The notes beneath the pieces were generated by a model. It searched no databases. It saw nothing but the letters and a program-made list of their open reading frames with translations, and had not been told where the DNA came from. The position numbers were made by a program, and so were the translations under genes. This document shows, piece after piece, positions 22,761 to 36,250 of a stretch of 64,000 bases of DNA (within the stretch, counting starts at the first letter, position 1; each line of letters begins with the position of its first letter). The DNA is taken from NCBI RefSeq assembly GCF_018977255.1, contig NW_024704742.1, forward strand, positions 49,664,001-49,728,000, in the 5' to 3' direction. This DNA comes from Callorhinchus milii (lineage: Eukaryota).

Positions 22761-25700
22761 CAACAATATTTGTTTTTAGAAAATTTGCATCTGAATAAAT
22801 TCTGGATTTTTTTTATGAGCATAAAGTGTTTCCAAACTATGGTGCCATTATTCTGGCAGTAACTTTGTTTGGTACAAATACTCTCAACTCACATTTTCTG
22901 CAGTTACATATTATGGCGGACAATTGCAGGTACAGGATGAAAACATTAATTATGCCAATTATTAAGAAGGATCTGATTGAAATAAGCCAACTTGTAAGTT
23001 TTCACCAATTATGCTCAGTACCTAATGCTCCCTTTGCGAAACGTTTAAGGTGTCAGCCTTCAGGTGAGATGTTAAACTGATACTCCATCTACCTGTTCAG
23101 GTGACATGAAGTGCCTTGAGATGTCCTCCTGATGTAAACCAACAACAGCTTGCATTTATATAGTGTTCTTCATGGAGAGAATCTTGGAGAGCTTCACAAT
23201 AGTGGGGTTGGATACACCGAGAAAGGGGAGAGGGAGGTGACATAAGTGCAGTCGAAGATGTAGGTCTTAAAGTGGAATTAAAGATAGATAAAGAGGGGGC
23301 AAGGTGGAGGAATTGAGGCAGGGAGTTTCAGGGGATAGTGGAAGGATTTATATCAAGTATAAGGATTATTATTATTTAATCATAAAGGCAAGATTCCCAG
23401 GGGTTGTACTGTCCTTTCTTTTCATGAAATCTGAAAGTTTGGAACACAGAAGAAGGCCATTGAGTTACTTCTAATATCTAAACTCATTCCCTTAATCTTT
23501 GTCTGTAACATTTAATATTATTTTCCCCTATGTATTTAACTAATTCTGCTTTAAATGTTGTGATGGAATTAACTTCAACAGCCATTTGTGTATTCCATAT
23601 CCTAACAGCCCTTGGTGTAAAGAAGCCTATCAAACTCCTTTTGTAATAACAGAAGAATTCACTCTACTATGCCACCTACTGCATTGTGTATTGGACATCT
23701 GGTTCACAGCCTGTATTACTGAAGTGCCGCATAGTGGTATTCTGGCTTCACTCCATTTTTTTTACTTAGGCTGGTATCCCACTAATTGGCATTCCTATAC
23801 CATGAACTGCAATTCAGAAGTCGAATGTGATTAATTTGTGTAAAGCCTGGTCAGTTATGTGTTGTAAAATGCGTGGATTGAGATTTTTCACTGTTGGTGG
23901 CTTGTGCTTATAAATGGAGTGTTCCATTGGTTACTAGGTGGGAGAGTGATCCAATTCATTTCACACTGAGCCCTTATCAACAGCAAAGGACTCTTTCAAC
24001 AAATTCAGGTCGAAGGTGTAGATAATAATAGTAATACTTGCATTTGATATAGTGACTTTCACATCATTAAAACACTTCACAGTATGTACTGCAAAGTGGA
24101 TTTACTGTATTTTGGGAGCGAAAAGGTTGCTAGGATTGAAAAAAATCTCATCGAGAAAAAGGTAACGTAAATGGCAATTCAATGTTGGAAAAACTCCTCA
24201 GGCTGTAACATAGATCTATTTCAGGGTACCCCACGTATGTCACGCTGACTTGTCAGACCTCTGCTAATAGACACTCTCAAGTCAGGGACAAGGGCTTTGT
24301 GATTCTGTTTGACACAATTTACTTCCCAAGAAGTTTTTCCAATGTCTGGACTGCATTTACGCTGCTATCTCCTAACAAATGCTTTCTCAATCGCAACGTG
24401 TTTTTTCATCTACTTGTTTTTCCTTCTTAAATCATAATCTTTGTTTTTAAAAATTTATACTTCAGTAGCAAAATGTGCTTAACTCTAATTTTTACAGTGG
24501 CTGGGATCCCAGAGCTGATGTTGCAAAGCCTTTCCATGCGTTTTCAGAATCCATGTCAGAGTATTTTACATTGAATGCCCCTCACTAAGGGTGGATGACT
24601 TTCAAATCTATTTTCGGCACAATATAAAATTGCTGAACAATATTTAAGTAATACTAGAGATGACAATCTCTGGTTATATATTTTTGTTTTTAAAAGATTG
24701 CATGGAATAATTCTAATGTAAGTTTCTATAGTATTTGAAACTGATAGATAATAAAACCAGGATAAGATCTTTAGAACATTTTCCTTAATGTGCAGCAAAA
24801 GAAAATGATCCAAAAACTTTGTAAATCATATGATTTACAGAGAGAAATATTGTATAGATATAGGTCTACTTAATTAACACGCCACATTTCTTGGGTTTTA
24901 TATTGGTTTCAGAAGTTTTTCTGCAACTAACTGGGTGATTTTAGATGTTAGATGATACTATAAATTTGAAACATCTTTTATGGATGCAGTATATCATCTT
25001 CAACCTGTACTTGTGAATAGGAAAGTCTGAATGGTGTTCTCTGGATTTGGATCACTGAATTATGCAAGACCAGTGTACCACCTAATGCTGAGGCTGGTAT
25101 TCCTGTCAGTTCAAATCCAGTGTAAAGAATGGAGTATATCCTTTGGATTCTGTACAAATTCATTCTCGAGGAAGATAGGCACCATACTTGCATACTAAAA
25201 AGTGGAAGGTTAGTGAGTCATGACTGTGATTCTCCAAACCTATGCAGGCTAGCATGTGAGAAAATGTGATTTAGGCCAATAGATGCCTTTGATGGATAGC
25301 AAGAAAACAGCTGATGCCATCTGGAAAGTATAAACCTCTCATGGTCTTATAAAAGTTGTAGGAGCAGATTTAGATTACATGACACGTACAGTGCCTCAGG
25401 ATTCTTAACAGCAATGCAACAAACTTTCCATTTCATAACAAAGGAAAATTGCAGCCTCTCCTCAACTTATTACAGTGCTGCCATTTATTTTTATCCTTTC
25501 ATTGACACCTTGTTATCTTCAACTGCTCACATCTAACTTTCAATTTAAAATCTTAACAAACATCTCATTGTTTATGTGTGGAACATAAACTTTGGAGACT
25601 GCAGCACAAATCTCTCTTTCGTCATGGCAACCAGTGGTTTCCTGCTCAACCAGTCACGAACAGGTCATTTGGGGCTTCCACGTGATTTAAGATTCATCTG

Positions 25701-27104
25701 CATTGAACACTGCTTCCAATACTTCAAACACAACCAGCTCCGCTCCCTGCAGAACATATAACATGATCAATGCCTTTCACAGTAGAATGGGTAGGAATGA
25801 ATATCCGTCGATCAACCCAAACAGTATGGGTTTGCTGACTGCATGAACCATACAGCTGACTCTGCAAATCTGATATTTTCTTATTTGCCACCCAATACTA
25901 CTGCAGTTGTTAAATTGTGTACAACTCGATCACATAAATTCTGTATTTGCTTTCATGGCTGCGAAGGTTTATCCATCAATTATGAGGTAATATTATTGTT
26001 CACAACCTGAACAACTCACATTTATAAAACTTACATTTAGATAGTGTCCTTCACATCTCAGAGCGTTTCACAAACACGGTTTCAGTTGCTGAGCAAGGGG
26101 AGGAGCCATCGGTCAAATAGATAGATTTTTAAATGGGATTTAAATACAGATAGAGAGAGTGAGATAGAGTGGGTAGACGGAAGGTTTAGGGGTGTAGTTG
26201 CTAAAGGCTTGGCCACCACTGCTAGTGTGGCGGGGACGGAGGATGCATAACACGCCCTGAGTTAGCTAAGCAGAGGGAGTTAGCAGAAGAATGGGGTAAG
26301 AGAAGATCATAAAGATAGGGTGGTGCTAAAGCATGAAGGGATTTATAGGTGAGGGTGAGGACCTTGAAGTTGATCTGTTGGTAGCCAGGTATCCAGTAGA
26401 TCTTGATGAGAACTGAGGTGATGGTTATGCAGTTTAGTATAGTCAAGATCCTGAAGTTTTACATCAGCTTGGGATAACTTCCATCCATGGGTTAGGAAAA
26501 TGCACAAGTTGCTTGAAAAAAGCTATAAGTATAAGAATCATAGGATGGGGAGAGCGATTTCCATGGCCTCACACACGTTAACACTCAAAAAAATCTGTAG
26601 GCTGGAAGCTGCCCAATTATGACATGTTACACCAAGATCTTGTCTGCCTGTTCAGGTGACATTAAAGATCCCATTGCATTACAGTATTTGGAAGTTTCTC
26701 GCAACGATTCTCCAACAATCTCCAAAGCATAAATTGATAATTCACTTCATAGCTGCTTGTGGAATATTGCTTTGCACCAATTGGCTACCATGCGTGCCTA
26801 CATAATACAATCATTACCCTTTCCAATAAGAATTATTATTATGCTATTACAGTTTAAATCACTCTGTAGAAGTAGTTTCTAAATGGCTTTCAGTGATGGG
26901 TCAGCTAGACCAATAACATTGCCACATTGCATATGAATGGATGTTACTTTTCTTAGTATGTTTGAACCTCCTGAAATAGCTACTTTTTGCAGGAGGTATT
27001 TTGTCAAGTCATTTCTGGGTCTTATTAACAGTCCCACTTGCACAGATGATTTTAGGGACTATGTTTGCTTTATTATGTTTGTTTTATATTTACATGCTCT
27101 TGAT

Positions 27105-29790
27105 TGGGGATATCAATCGCAGGTTAACTTCCACATGTATGCACATGATACCCAACTCTATCTCTGCCTCCACCCTCGATTCCAGGACAACTGCTGACCT
27201 GATAGATTGTCTGCCTGACATCAGATCCTGGATGAAAGATAAATTCCTACAGTTCGATATCGACAAGACCGAGGCCTTCCTACTTGACTCCTGTCACCCT
27301 CTCCACCACACTCGGTGTCCTTGCCCCCATCACCTCCTGAACTGCCTCCTATTCCCGATCCTCACCCTGGTTCACCAGCCACCTCCGCTTGCTTAAGGCC
27401 CAGGTGCGGTCTGGCTGGACCTCATCAAGAACTATCGCTCTGCTCTCGCCTCAGGCAAATCATCCTTCTATTCCAGGTTAATCCTGGAGGTGAAAGGCAA
27501 CCCCAGGCCCCTGTCATCCACCACAAACCGGCTCCTCCGCCCTCACTGACACGCCTCGTAGATACTTTCCTCTGACACTCACAGCGAGAAAATGCTGGAC
27601 TTTCTTGAGTCCAAAATTGAGGAAATCCGCTCAGCTGCCACTGCCCTCACAACTTCCAACCCCTCCCTACCACCACCCCACACAATTACCCATCCGACAA
27701 TTACCCATCCCTCCTTCCACACCTTTGAACCTGTCAACCCCTCCTCTGTTTTCAACACAGTAACCTCCATGAAGTCCACCACCTGCTCCCTGGACCCATC
27801 CCCACCCCTCTCCTTAAATCTCAGCGCCACCTCCTTGCCCCGCTACTCGCCGACATCATTAACCTCTCCCTGTCATCTGGCACTGTTCCTTCCCCCCTCA
27901 AAACAGCCACTATCAACCCCACCTTGAAGAAACCTTCCTTCGACCCGGCACAGTTATCCAGCTACCGGCCCATCTCAAATCTCCCCTTCCTATCCAAGGT
28001 CCTTAAGAGCCATTGCCTCCCAGCTTCGCTCTTTCCTCTCCTCTCACTCTCTCCATGAAGCCCTCCAATCGGGTTTCCGTGCTGCCTACAGCACGGAAAC
28101 AGCTCTGGTCAAGGTCACAAATGACAACTGACCATGTGTGACCAGGGCTTCCTCTGCCTCCTCATCCTCCTTGATCTCTCCACTGCCTTTGTCTCAGCTA
28201 ATGGCTTCTCCTCCAGCCCCAGCACTGTCTCGTGCGGTGTTCTTCAGGGTTGTGTCCTCGGTCCCCTCCTCTTCACCCTCTACATGCTCCCCCTTGGTGA
28301 TGTCATCTGCAGACATGGGGTAAATTTCCACATGTATGCGGATCACACCCAACTCTACCTCTCTGCCTCCACCCTCAACGCCAGGGCTACTGGCACCCTG
28401 ACCGACTGTCTGTTCGACATCAATTCCTGGATGAAGACCAACTTTCTCTAACTCAACATCAGCAAGACCGAGGTCCTCCTTATTGGCTCGCGCCAGCGCC
28501 TCCGCACCTCAGGCACTGGTAGCATCAGCCTCCACAACTGCACACTCAACCTCACTGAACCAGTCAGGAACCTGGGTATCTTGTTTGATCCTGAACTGTC
28601 CTTTCTACCCTACATCTGTGACATGACCGGCACTGCCTACCACCACCTCTGCAAGATTACCAGACTCTGCCACTGCCTCACCCCTCAGGCTGCCGAAACC
28701 CTCACCCATGCATTAGTTACCTCAAGGCTTGATTACAGGAACTCCCTCCTCATCGGCCTTCCCAACTCTTCCCTTCACAAGCTGAAGATCATCCAAACCT
28801 CTGCAGCTCATGTACTCTCACGCACCAGGCTCCGTGACCCCATCACTCCCACCCTCACCTGACTCCATTGGCTCCCCATCCCTCAGAGGATCGAGTTCAA
28901 GATCCTTGCCCACACCTTTAAGGCCATCCATGGCCTTGCCCCCTCCTACCTCTCTGACCTGCTGACTCCCTACCAACCTGCCCACTCACTCTGTTCAGCG
29001 GGCTCTGGCCCGCACCATGTCTCCCACCCGACCCGCCCTACCATCGGTAGCCGGGCTTTCAGCCTCTCTACCCCCTCACTCTGGAACTCCAGCCCACGGT
29101 CCCTTTGCCTCGCTCCCTCCCTTCTCTCCTTCAAGACCGGTCTCAAGACTCTTTTCTTCAACCGTGCCTTTGGTCTCCCTACCACCTCTTTGCCTTCCCT
29201 CAACCCTACACCACCCCTCCCCCATGCTCGGGCCCTGACACCTGACTGTTCAGTGCTTTGGAACATCCTCCCGATGTGAAAGGCGCTCTTTAAATGTCAT
29301 TTTGTTGTTGTTGTTAGTGCCTCGTCATCTCAGGCGTGATAGTATCACTTTTCATGGAAGCGTTCTCCACCTCATTATACTGGTTTGCCTTTCTGATTAT
29401 TCAGAACCCTGCAGCTCATATCCTCTCCCATACAAAGCTTTGTGAGTAGATCACTCCCATCCTTGCACCGCTTCACTGGCTCCTCATCCCCCAGAGGCTC
29501 AAGTACAAGATCCTTGTCCTCATCTTTAAAGTCCTCCATGGATGTGTTCCTCCCTACCTCTGCGACCTATTAAAACTTCACCAACCTGTCTGATCCCTCT
29601 GCGTTGCAGGCACTGACCTGCTCTATGTCCTTTACCCTGTCTGGTCTACTATTGGGCCTTCAGCCTTTCTGCCCCTCCACCCCTCCTCTCCCTACCTCCT
29701 TCAAGGCCTGTCTCCATACCTTCCTTTTTGTACAGCCTTCAGTCATCTTCCCCCTGGCCACCCCCTTGCTCTCCTTTGTGCTCAAGGTGA
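27105..29790 (+). mobile_element. L2 cluster: ~2-kb 5'-truncated L2 (~27360-29315) flanked by older L2 pieces (27105-27315, 29316-29790)
   Basis: DFLESKIEEIR, YRPISNLPFLSKV-type segment, [21 protein letters not shown] and VTSRLDYRN. A (TTG)n tail ends at 29315; stops and frameshifts are present. Confidence 0.95.
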
Positions 29791-31239
29791 AATTCTAGTA
29801 AAAAATGAAAAGTGATTCTTTGCAATGTTTCATGTGTTATTTGTGATAAGTATCCCAAGGAATATGTTATGAAACACCACAAATTTCATGCAGGACTTTG
29901 CTTCAGGGGATAGTTTCCTTTGGAACCAAAAAATGAAATCAGCTTGAACAATTCAAATAAGGACCTATTGACAATTGCAGATGGAATATTTTTTCTGTAA
30001 GTGATGTAGTGATAAAAGACTGAAAGTCTTATAGGAATGTCATTGTGAAGCTATCTGCTTTTGAAGAGTTCTCATTTATAGTAACCAGTATAGCTTGCCT
30101 TATCTCTTCAGTGATAATCAGCAAATCCTGGTAAGACTTTGCAGCAATCAAATTCAGCTCCCAGAGATTCTTCCTCTGGGCTTTAAGTGGTTTCCTGTTG
30201 CAAAAATATCTTGGTGTTCCAGCTCCAATAGAGGGGCAACCTAATGAAGACAATCAAAGGTTAGGGACTCATATATGTTTCAAACTGAGCTACATTCTTC
30301 ACAATTTCCTCCAGTCATAAGTCAATCTGGTTTGACAGTAGCACCTAGCTAGACTTTTATTGCTGTGTGATTTGCAGTGATAATTATTAATTTCTTCTTA
30401 TTATTGCAATAGTTAGCAGCGTTTAATTAGCTGACTTTAAATTGTTGCAGAGCATGACTGCAGGATCATTCCAAGTTCTCTCTCTACCTGGTCAGTAATT
30501 GGCCCCAAGGATGGAAGTGAAAATGAGAGGACTCATTTTGCAACAAAAAAAATGCTGCTTCTAATACGAAATTCTATAAGTTACAGCACAGGCATTGATT
30601 TAACATTCTACCACTATGCTTAGCTGCTCAATAAAATGTAATTTGTTCTGATGAGCTGATGCCCCAGAAGGCCGTAGAGGCAGAATCAATTAGAATGTTT
30701 AAAAGGGAAATAGATGCATAATATAATAATAATGGTAATCCTTCCATTTGGCATAGCACCCTTATCACATTGTTGAGACATCTTAAAGCGCTTCACAGAA
30801 TCTACTCTGAAGTGGTGTGACTGTGTGTGTTTTGTGGGGGAAATGAATACTTGATAATAAATAGATAAATACTTGGGAAGTCATTGTATTGGAGGATGTT
30901 GACGAAGGCGGGGAGATTGGATTAAACATCTGTCATGATCTAATAAACTTGAGGTACAGGTTCAATGGGCTGAATGGTCTCCTCCTGCTCCTGGTTTCTT
31001 TGCCTGGCCTATATCCAGTGAGGTACAGCAGCTGTTTATTACAATTACTCCTCTGTAGGAACTCCTTGCATTTTTTGATGTGGGGAGACACTATCCTTTG
31101 GTACATTTCATCAATGTAAGCGAGAAACATTCTAAATTGTGTACCAGGCACCATATCAAATGCAAGAATTATTATTAGTCCACTTCAACTCAATGGTAGC
31201 AATGGCATACTTCATTTGTATTCTTTCGACTATGTAAGC

Positions 31240-31420
31240 CAGGATTCCCACTTCTCCTGGTTTCTATCCAGAGGCCTCTGCTGGAACATGTATCGGTGGA
31301 TGTTGGGTGAGGACAAACATGGGCTGTGATGCTCCACGCACTTGAATAGTCTGTCACAATGCACTATCCAGGCTGAAGAATGGTCATGTGCATGAAATAC
31401 CAAAGGGCAGCCTATAGGAG
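31240..31420 (+). mobile_element. Ancient SINE-like remnant (AmnSINE2-like from recall)
   Basis: GGCCTCTGCTGGAA..GTGGATGTTGGGTGAGGACA..GGCTGTGATGC..GAATAG..GAAGAATGG. The family name rests on memory and needs a Dfam check. Confidence 0.45.
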
Positions 31421-31829
31421 AAAGGGAAAATGGTAAAAATTGGGACTTGAACACAAAATTGAGCAGCAGTGGGGTTTCTTTAAGTTAGTAATACCCATCA
31501 TGTAAGATAGTTCTTTCACAAATAAATGTTAATTTCTGTGTAGATTATCAGAATGGTATTCAACAATTTGTCTGTAGGTATCATTGACATGTTTCCAGTC
31601 ACTGTTTCCTCTTTGCAGCAGAATACAGCCAGGTCACCGGTTCCTGGTAGATTTGTACCCTGAGATTACAGGTGGAAGCTGCCAGTCAAACACATCACTT
31701 AGAACTTTGCCACTAATACATCAGGAAAATTGTATGCTTGCTTCACATCAACAGAAGTGATGGGTTTTCAGGTGAGGAATTCTGTTGCTAGAGGGCACAA
31801 CTGTTTTTCAAATGGAAATCTGACTGTAC

Positions 31830-31863
31830 TGCAGAGACATGTGTTGCCTCTAGATGGCGCTCC
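31830..31863 (+). promoter_or_regulatory. CTCF site with upstream (U) motif
   Basis: CTGCAGAGAC-ATGTG-TTGCCTCTAGATGGCGCTC: core CCTCTAGATGGCGC preceded by TGCAG at the usual spacing. Confidence 0.65.
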
Positions 31864-32027
31864 AGATTAGTGTAGCCAATGTTAGATCACTTGTGCAGAG
31901 TTATAAAGTCTCTCACGATATCATAAGAGTCACATGCAGCATGTTTTACTTAATAGCTTTTTTAATTAAAAAAAAAATGCGAAGGAGATTTTTGCTGGTC
32001 TGTGAGGTGTTTGACATCTAGAAACTT

Positions 32028-32404
32028 TGGAGTCCTGTAACTCGGTGGTTAGAGCATTCACCTCGCAAGTGAGAGACCTGGGTTCATTTCCCAGCAGGGT
32101 GAAACGTTGGGCAAGTTTCCTTATTCCATATGGCTCTGCTTACCTAGCAGTAAGTTGGAACCCGGTTGTTAGTTGATTGGCGGATCACTTTCCGGGGTTA
32201 ATAATCCTTCCAATAAAAAATTGGGTCACTCGATCCACGACTGTTTGTAAGGACATTGTTTTGTGCAATTGGCTGCCGCATTTTTCCCACAAAATGCAAA
32301 GTCAATCCACTTTACAATATATTCTGTGATGGTGATGGGCTATGCGACATCTCAATGACGTGATAAGTTTCTATATCAAATTTAAGGGTTATTATTATTA
32401 TTAT
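32028..32404 (+). mobile_element. Full-length tRNA-derived Deu SINE, long variant
   Basis: TGGAGTCCTGTAACTCGGTGGTTAGAGC head through to the (TTA)n tail. Confidence 0.92.
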
Positions 32405-32419
32405 AAACTCGACATCATT

Positions 32420-32550
32420 GTTTAAGCATATCCAGAAAAGACTGAAATGTTCACATATGTATTCCACCTACACATGGAAATTTCTTTGTCTGTGGCATGG
32501 AATGCATACTCTTTCCCTGGAGGGACACACCCCACTTTCCTAACTCTGGT
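32420..32550 (-). repeat. Unclassified interspersed repeat, copy 3
   Basis: CCACCTACACATGG..ATGGAATGCA..TTCCCTGGAGGGACACA, the reverse complement of the copy 2 and 4 core. Confidence 0.7.
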
Positions 32551-32834
32551 TAGTTCAATTTATTCATTTATTTTATTCTTTAGAAACAAAGGTAACAAAA
32601 TAAGCTTTTATTTTATTTATTAGATCACATATATATTAAATATAATGTGTGTGATTGGGTTATCCTCAAGGTTATACATTGACTGTGGTTCATGTTGCTT
32701 TATTCAACGATATCTTGTGCAGCTTGTGGATGTCATCTTATTCTCTATGAGAACTTGCAGTTTTGCGAGCTGGATGATGTTCACCCGATTGAATAGACCA
32801 GAGGTGGACTTCCCAACCTTCCACCCTTCCCACT

Positions 32835-33343
32835 AAACACTATCAAGCTGGAGATACTGCATCCAGTTCGTTGGCACTTCAGCTTGTGGATCAGGGCCAG
32901 ATCATGGACTGGATTAGGAGGAGTAATTAAGTAAACTGGGGCATGTTCATGCTGGAGAAGAGAAGGTTGAGGGTGATATAATTGGGGTTTTTAAGATTCC
33001 AAAGGGACTAGATAATGTAGATCATTATAAGATGTTTTACTGAACTGTAGAACCAAAAGACAAGGCCTGTAATTAAAAAGGGGTAAATTTAGAACAAATC
33101 TGCGGAAACACAATTTCAGTGAGCAAGTAGTAAATGTATGGAAACGGGGACCCTAAAGCGATGATGGAAGCAGAAAGTGTTGATTCTTTCAAGAACAAAT
33201 TAGATAGATTTCTGTTAGGAAATAATATTTCGGGATACAGTATATAATTTGGGTAATGACATGTGCATTTACCTGATGAAAGGTGAAATGGATAGACCTT
33301 GGTCTTCTTTTGTCTAGCAATTCTTATGTTCTTACATTCTTAT
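32835..33343 (+). mobile_element. CR1 LINE 3' fragment (second CR1 family)
   Basis: GMFMLEKRRLR-like coding remnant and a (TTCTTATG)n tail. Confidence 0.85.
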
Positions 33344-34249
33344 GGCCTTTGACAATGGTTGGCGAGATATTAGCTTTTTAGGAAACAAAAAGCTTAAAAA
33401 GTCAATAGCCAGTTGCTGAAGACTGAGCACAAAGTCCAATACTGCAGACCCAGCTTCTCTATCTTCACCATTGAGAAAGGACTCAGCGACAGAGGGAAGT
33501 GAAATTATGGCTTATTCAATGTGAGAGATATCACATGGACCTCACATTTAAATTGTATGTTTCTTAAATGACATTGATGGCACAAGAGAATTGTTTTACA
33601 AGTCTGCCGCTAACAATTAAAAGAGTTGGAAATTTACAACCTTTCTCGTTTTAGTAAGGAAAATGATTTACCCTAAAAGGCCCAATATTTAAAGCATACA
33701 CTGAGTAAGCAGATGCTAACTGCATTCTGCTACACATGCACCATCTGAGCCAATTCTCTGGATTGCGTGTGGAACACTAACAGATGTGATTGACCCCATT
33801 TTGGGGTATGTCATACCAGTTGATCAGGGGTTAGAACAATCCCAAGAAAACTAAATTTCAAAAAAAACAATAGGTAACTATTTTTAAAGGTCAAAGAGAG
33901 ATAAGAACACAAAGTGTCATGCGAATGTTATTTTTATGCAATAGACTGCAAAACAAATGCAGCTTCAAATTAATTATCCATGTCAGTCTCTACAGATTGC
34001 TCTTTCAGTGTGCTTCATTATAAAACATATATTTATAACAGAGGTAGCTACACTACAGGGCACTACAATTAGTCTCAATATTACAAGGCTAGGGAGAGGG
34101 AAATAAATCTCCCACTCCTGATCACTTGCTGGGAATTGCATCAGAGGCACAAACCTTCTCACTGTCTTAATATTTAAGGTTGTGAGAAGTTTAGACATCT
34201 CTTCAATTCAATATAAATTAGCAAGGTGATTGAAAAAGAACTATAATTT

Positions 34250-34965
34250 AATAATAATTATCGTTGCATTTGATATACTCTGGTACCTTATCACATTGTT
34301 GAAACATTTCAAAATGCTTCACAGGATTTACTGTAAAGTGTACTGAATGTGCAGTTTGTAGGTGAATGTGGCAGCCAATTTTGCACAGGAATGTCCCACA
34401 AACAGTCATGAGGTGAATGACCAATGTTTTATTTGGGGGATGATTGGCCAGGACATCAAGAAAAATTCCATTCTCTTTTCAAATATTGCTATGAGATCTT
34501 CAACGTTCACCTGAACAGGCTGACAGGATCTCAGTTTAATATCTCATTCAGTGTGTCAGCCTGATGCAGTGGTAGCACTCTCACCTCTGAGTCAGAAAGT
34601 TGTGGGTTAAAGCCCCAGTTTGGGACATGGAATTACATAGTCCAAGCTGACACTCTGATACAATGCTGGGGGCATGTTGCATTGTTGTAGATACCGTCCT
34701 TCGGATGAGACGATAAACAAATGTCCTGTTTACCTGTTTACCTGAACATTAAAGATTGAATGGCATATTCAAAAAGAGAAGGGAGTTTCTCCCAGTATCC
34801 TGGCCAATAATCCACCACAAAAAATTGGTCACTCACTCACTCAACTGCTGTTTGTGGGACATTACTGTGCGTAACTGTCTGCTGCGACACAAAATATCCT
34901 GTGAAATTTTGAGACATCTCAACTACGTGATAAGGCACTATATCAAATGCAAGGATTATTATTAT
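34250..34965. mobile_element. SacSINE1-like SINEs: minus fragment 34250-34550 and near full-length plus copy 34555-34965
   Basis: GTGGTAGCACTCTCACCTCTGAGTCAGAAAGTTGTGGGTTAAAGCCCC head, long body, Deu core and the common tail. Confidence 0.88.
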
Positions 34966-35267
34966 CCAAAGGATACCACCTCCAATAATGTAGAGAACCC
35001 CCAACACTACAGTGGAGTGTCAACTTATTAAGACAGGCTGATATTAAGACACGATAGTGCTGCCAATTGATGCAGGTTCACAGGAATAATCCTTGATTTT
35101 TAAGTGCTTCACCGTGAAGTGTAATGACTATGTATTTGTAGGTGAATAGACCAGCCAATTTGCACATATTAATGTTCCACAAACAGCCACCTTGACATGT
35201 GGAAACTTTGGCCATATTTTATATCTGAAAGATTGTTGGCCAGAACATCAAGAGAAACTATGGAAAA

Positions 35268-35686
35268 CAACTACCTCCCAAATTAGAGAAGCTGACATTG
35301 TTCTCCTTGGAGCAGAGAAGGTTAAGGGGAGATTTGATAGAATTGTTCAAAAATATGAGGGCTTTTGATAGAGTAGATAGGGAGAAACTGTTTCCACTGG
35401 CCAGTGGGCACATAGATTTAAGATAATTGGCAAAAGAACCAGAGGAGAGATGAGGAGAATTTTTTTTACACAGAGAGTTGTTACAGTCTGGAATGCACTG
35501 CCTGAAAGGGTGGTGGAAACAGATTCAATAACTAAAGGGAATTAGATAGGTATTTGAAAAGGAAAAAATTGCAGGGGTATGGGGAAACAGCAGTATGGGA
35601 CTGATTGAGTAGCTCTTTCAAAGAGCCAGTACAGGCACGATGGGTCGAATGGCCTCTTTCTGCACTGATATTCTATGATTCTATGA
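35268..35686 (+). mobile_element. CR1 LINE 3' end
   Basis: LEKLTLFSLEQRRLRGDLIELFK..WNALPERVVE and a (TTCTATGA)n tail; same family as 21805. Confidence 0.93.
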
Positions 35687-36054
35687 AATTAAGGCCGAAT
35701 TTAAGAATTTTAAAAATTCTGCACACTGGTAAATTTTAAGGTCTGGTCGTGAGACTGAGACAATGAGAATTTCCGTGTCTCAATTGAGAAAAGGACTGGG
35801 CTCGGTAGGATGGCAGTGAATGATTGAATAAACTGCTGGCACTCACTAAATAGCTCATAAAAGAAGAACAGCTATTTGTGCAAGATATTGTCGGGCAGCC
35901 TTTGGAACTGCAATCTAGCACATGTCAGTGGCTTCAGGAAAGGAGAAAGAAAATAGTAGATAAGATATATATACATGATTTTTATATTAAATATATAGAT
36001 CTGATGATGTGACACATATATATATAAAATATGTAAATATACATACAGCAATAT

Positions 36055-36250
36055 ATGATCATCCTCGGTATTGTCCTAGTAAATCTCTTCTGCAGCCACT
36101 CTATCATTGTGATGTCTTTCCTAAAGTGAGGTGATTAAAACTGGACAGAGCATTCTAACTGAAGTCTAACTAACAACTTATATAAGTTTAGCATTGTTTT
36201 TGTACTCTATACACCTATTTATAAAACCAAAGATTCCATGAGCTTTTAGT
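36055..36250 (-). mobile_element. Degenerate CR1 internal fragment
   Basis: Minus strand resembles LYKSLVRxQLExxVQF..QKRFTR. Confidence 0.65.

Noticed and set aside
30099..30194. Minus-strand exon KPLKAQRKNLWELN..EEIR
   Set aside because: It needs a non-canonical GC donor, and its phase does not fit the other candidates.
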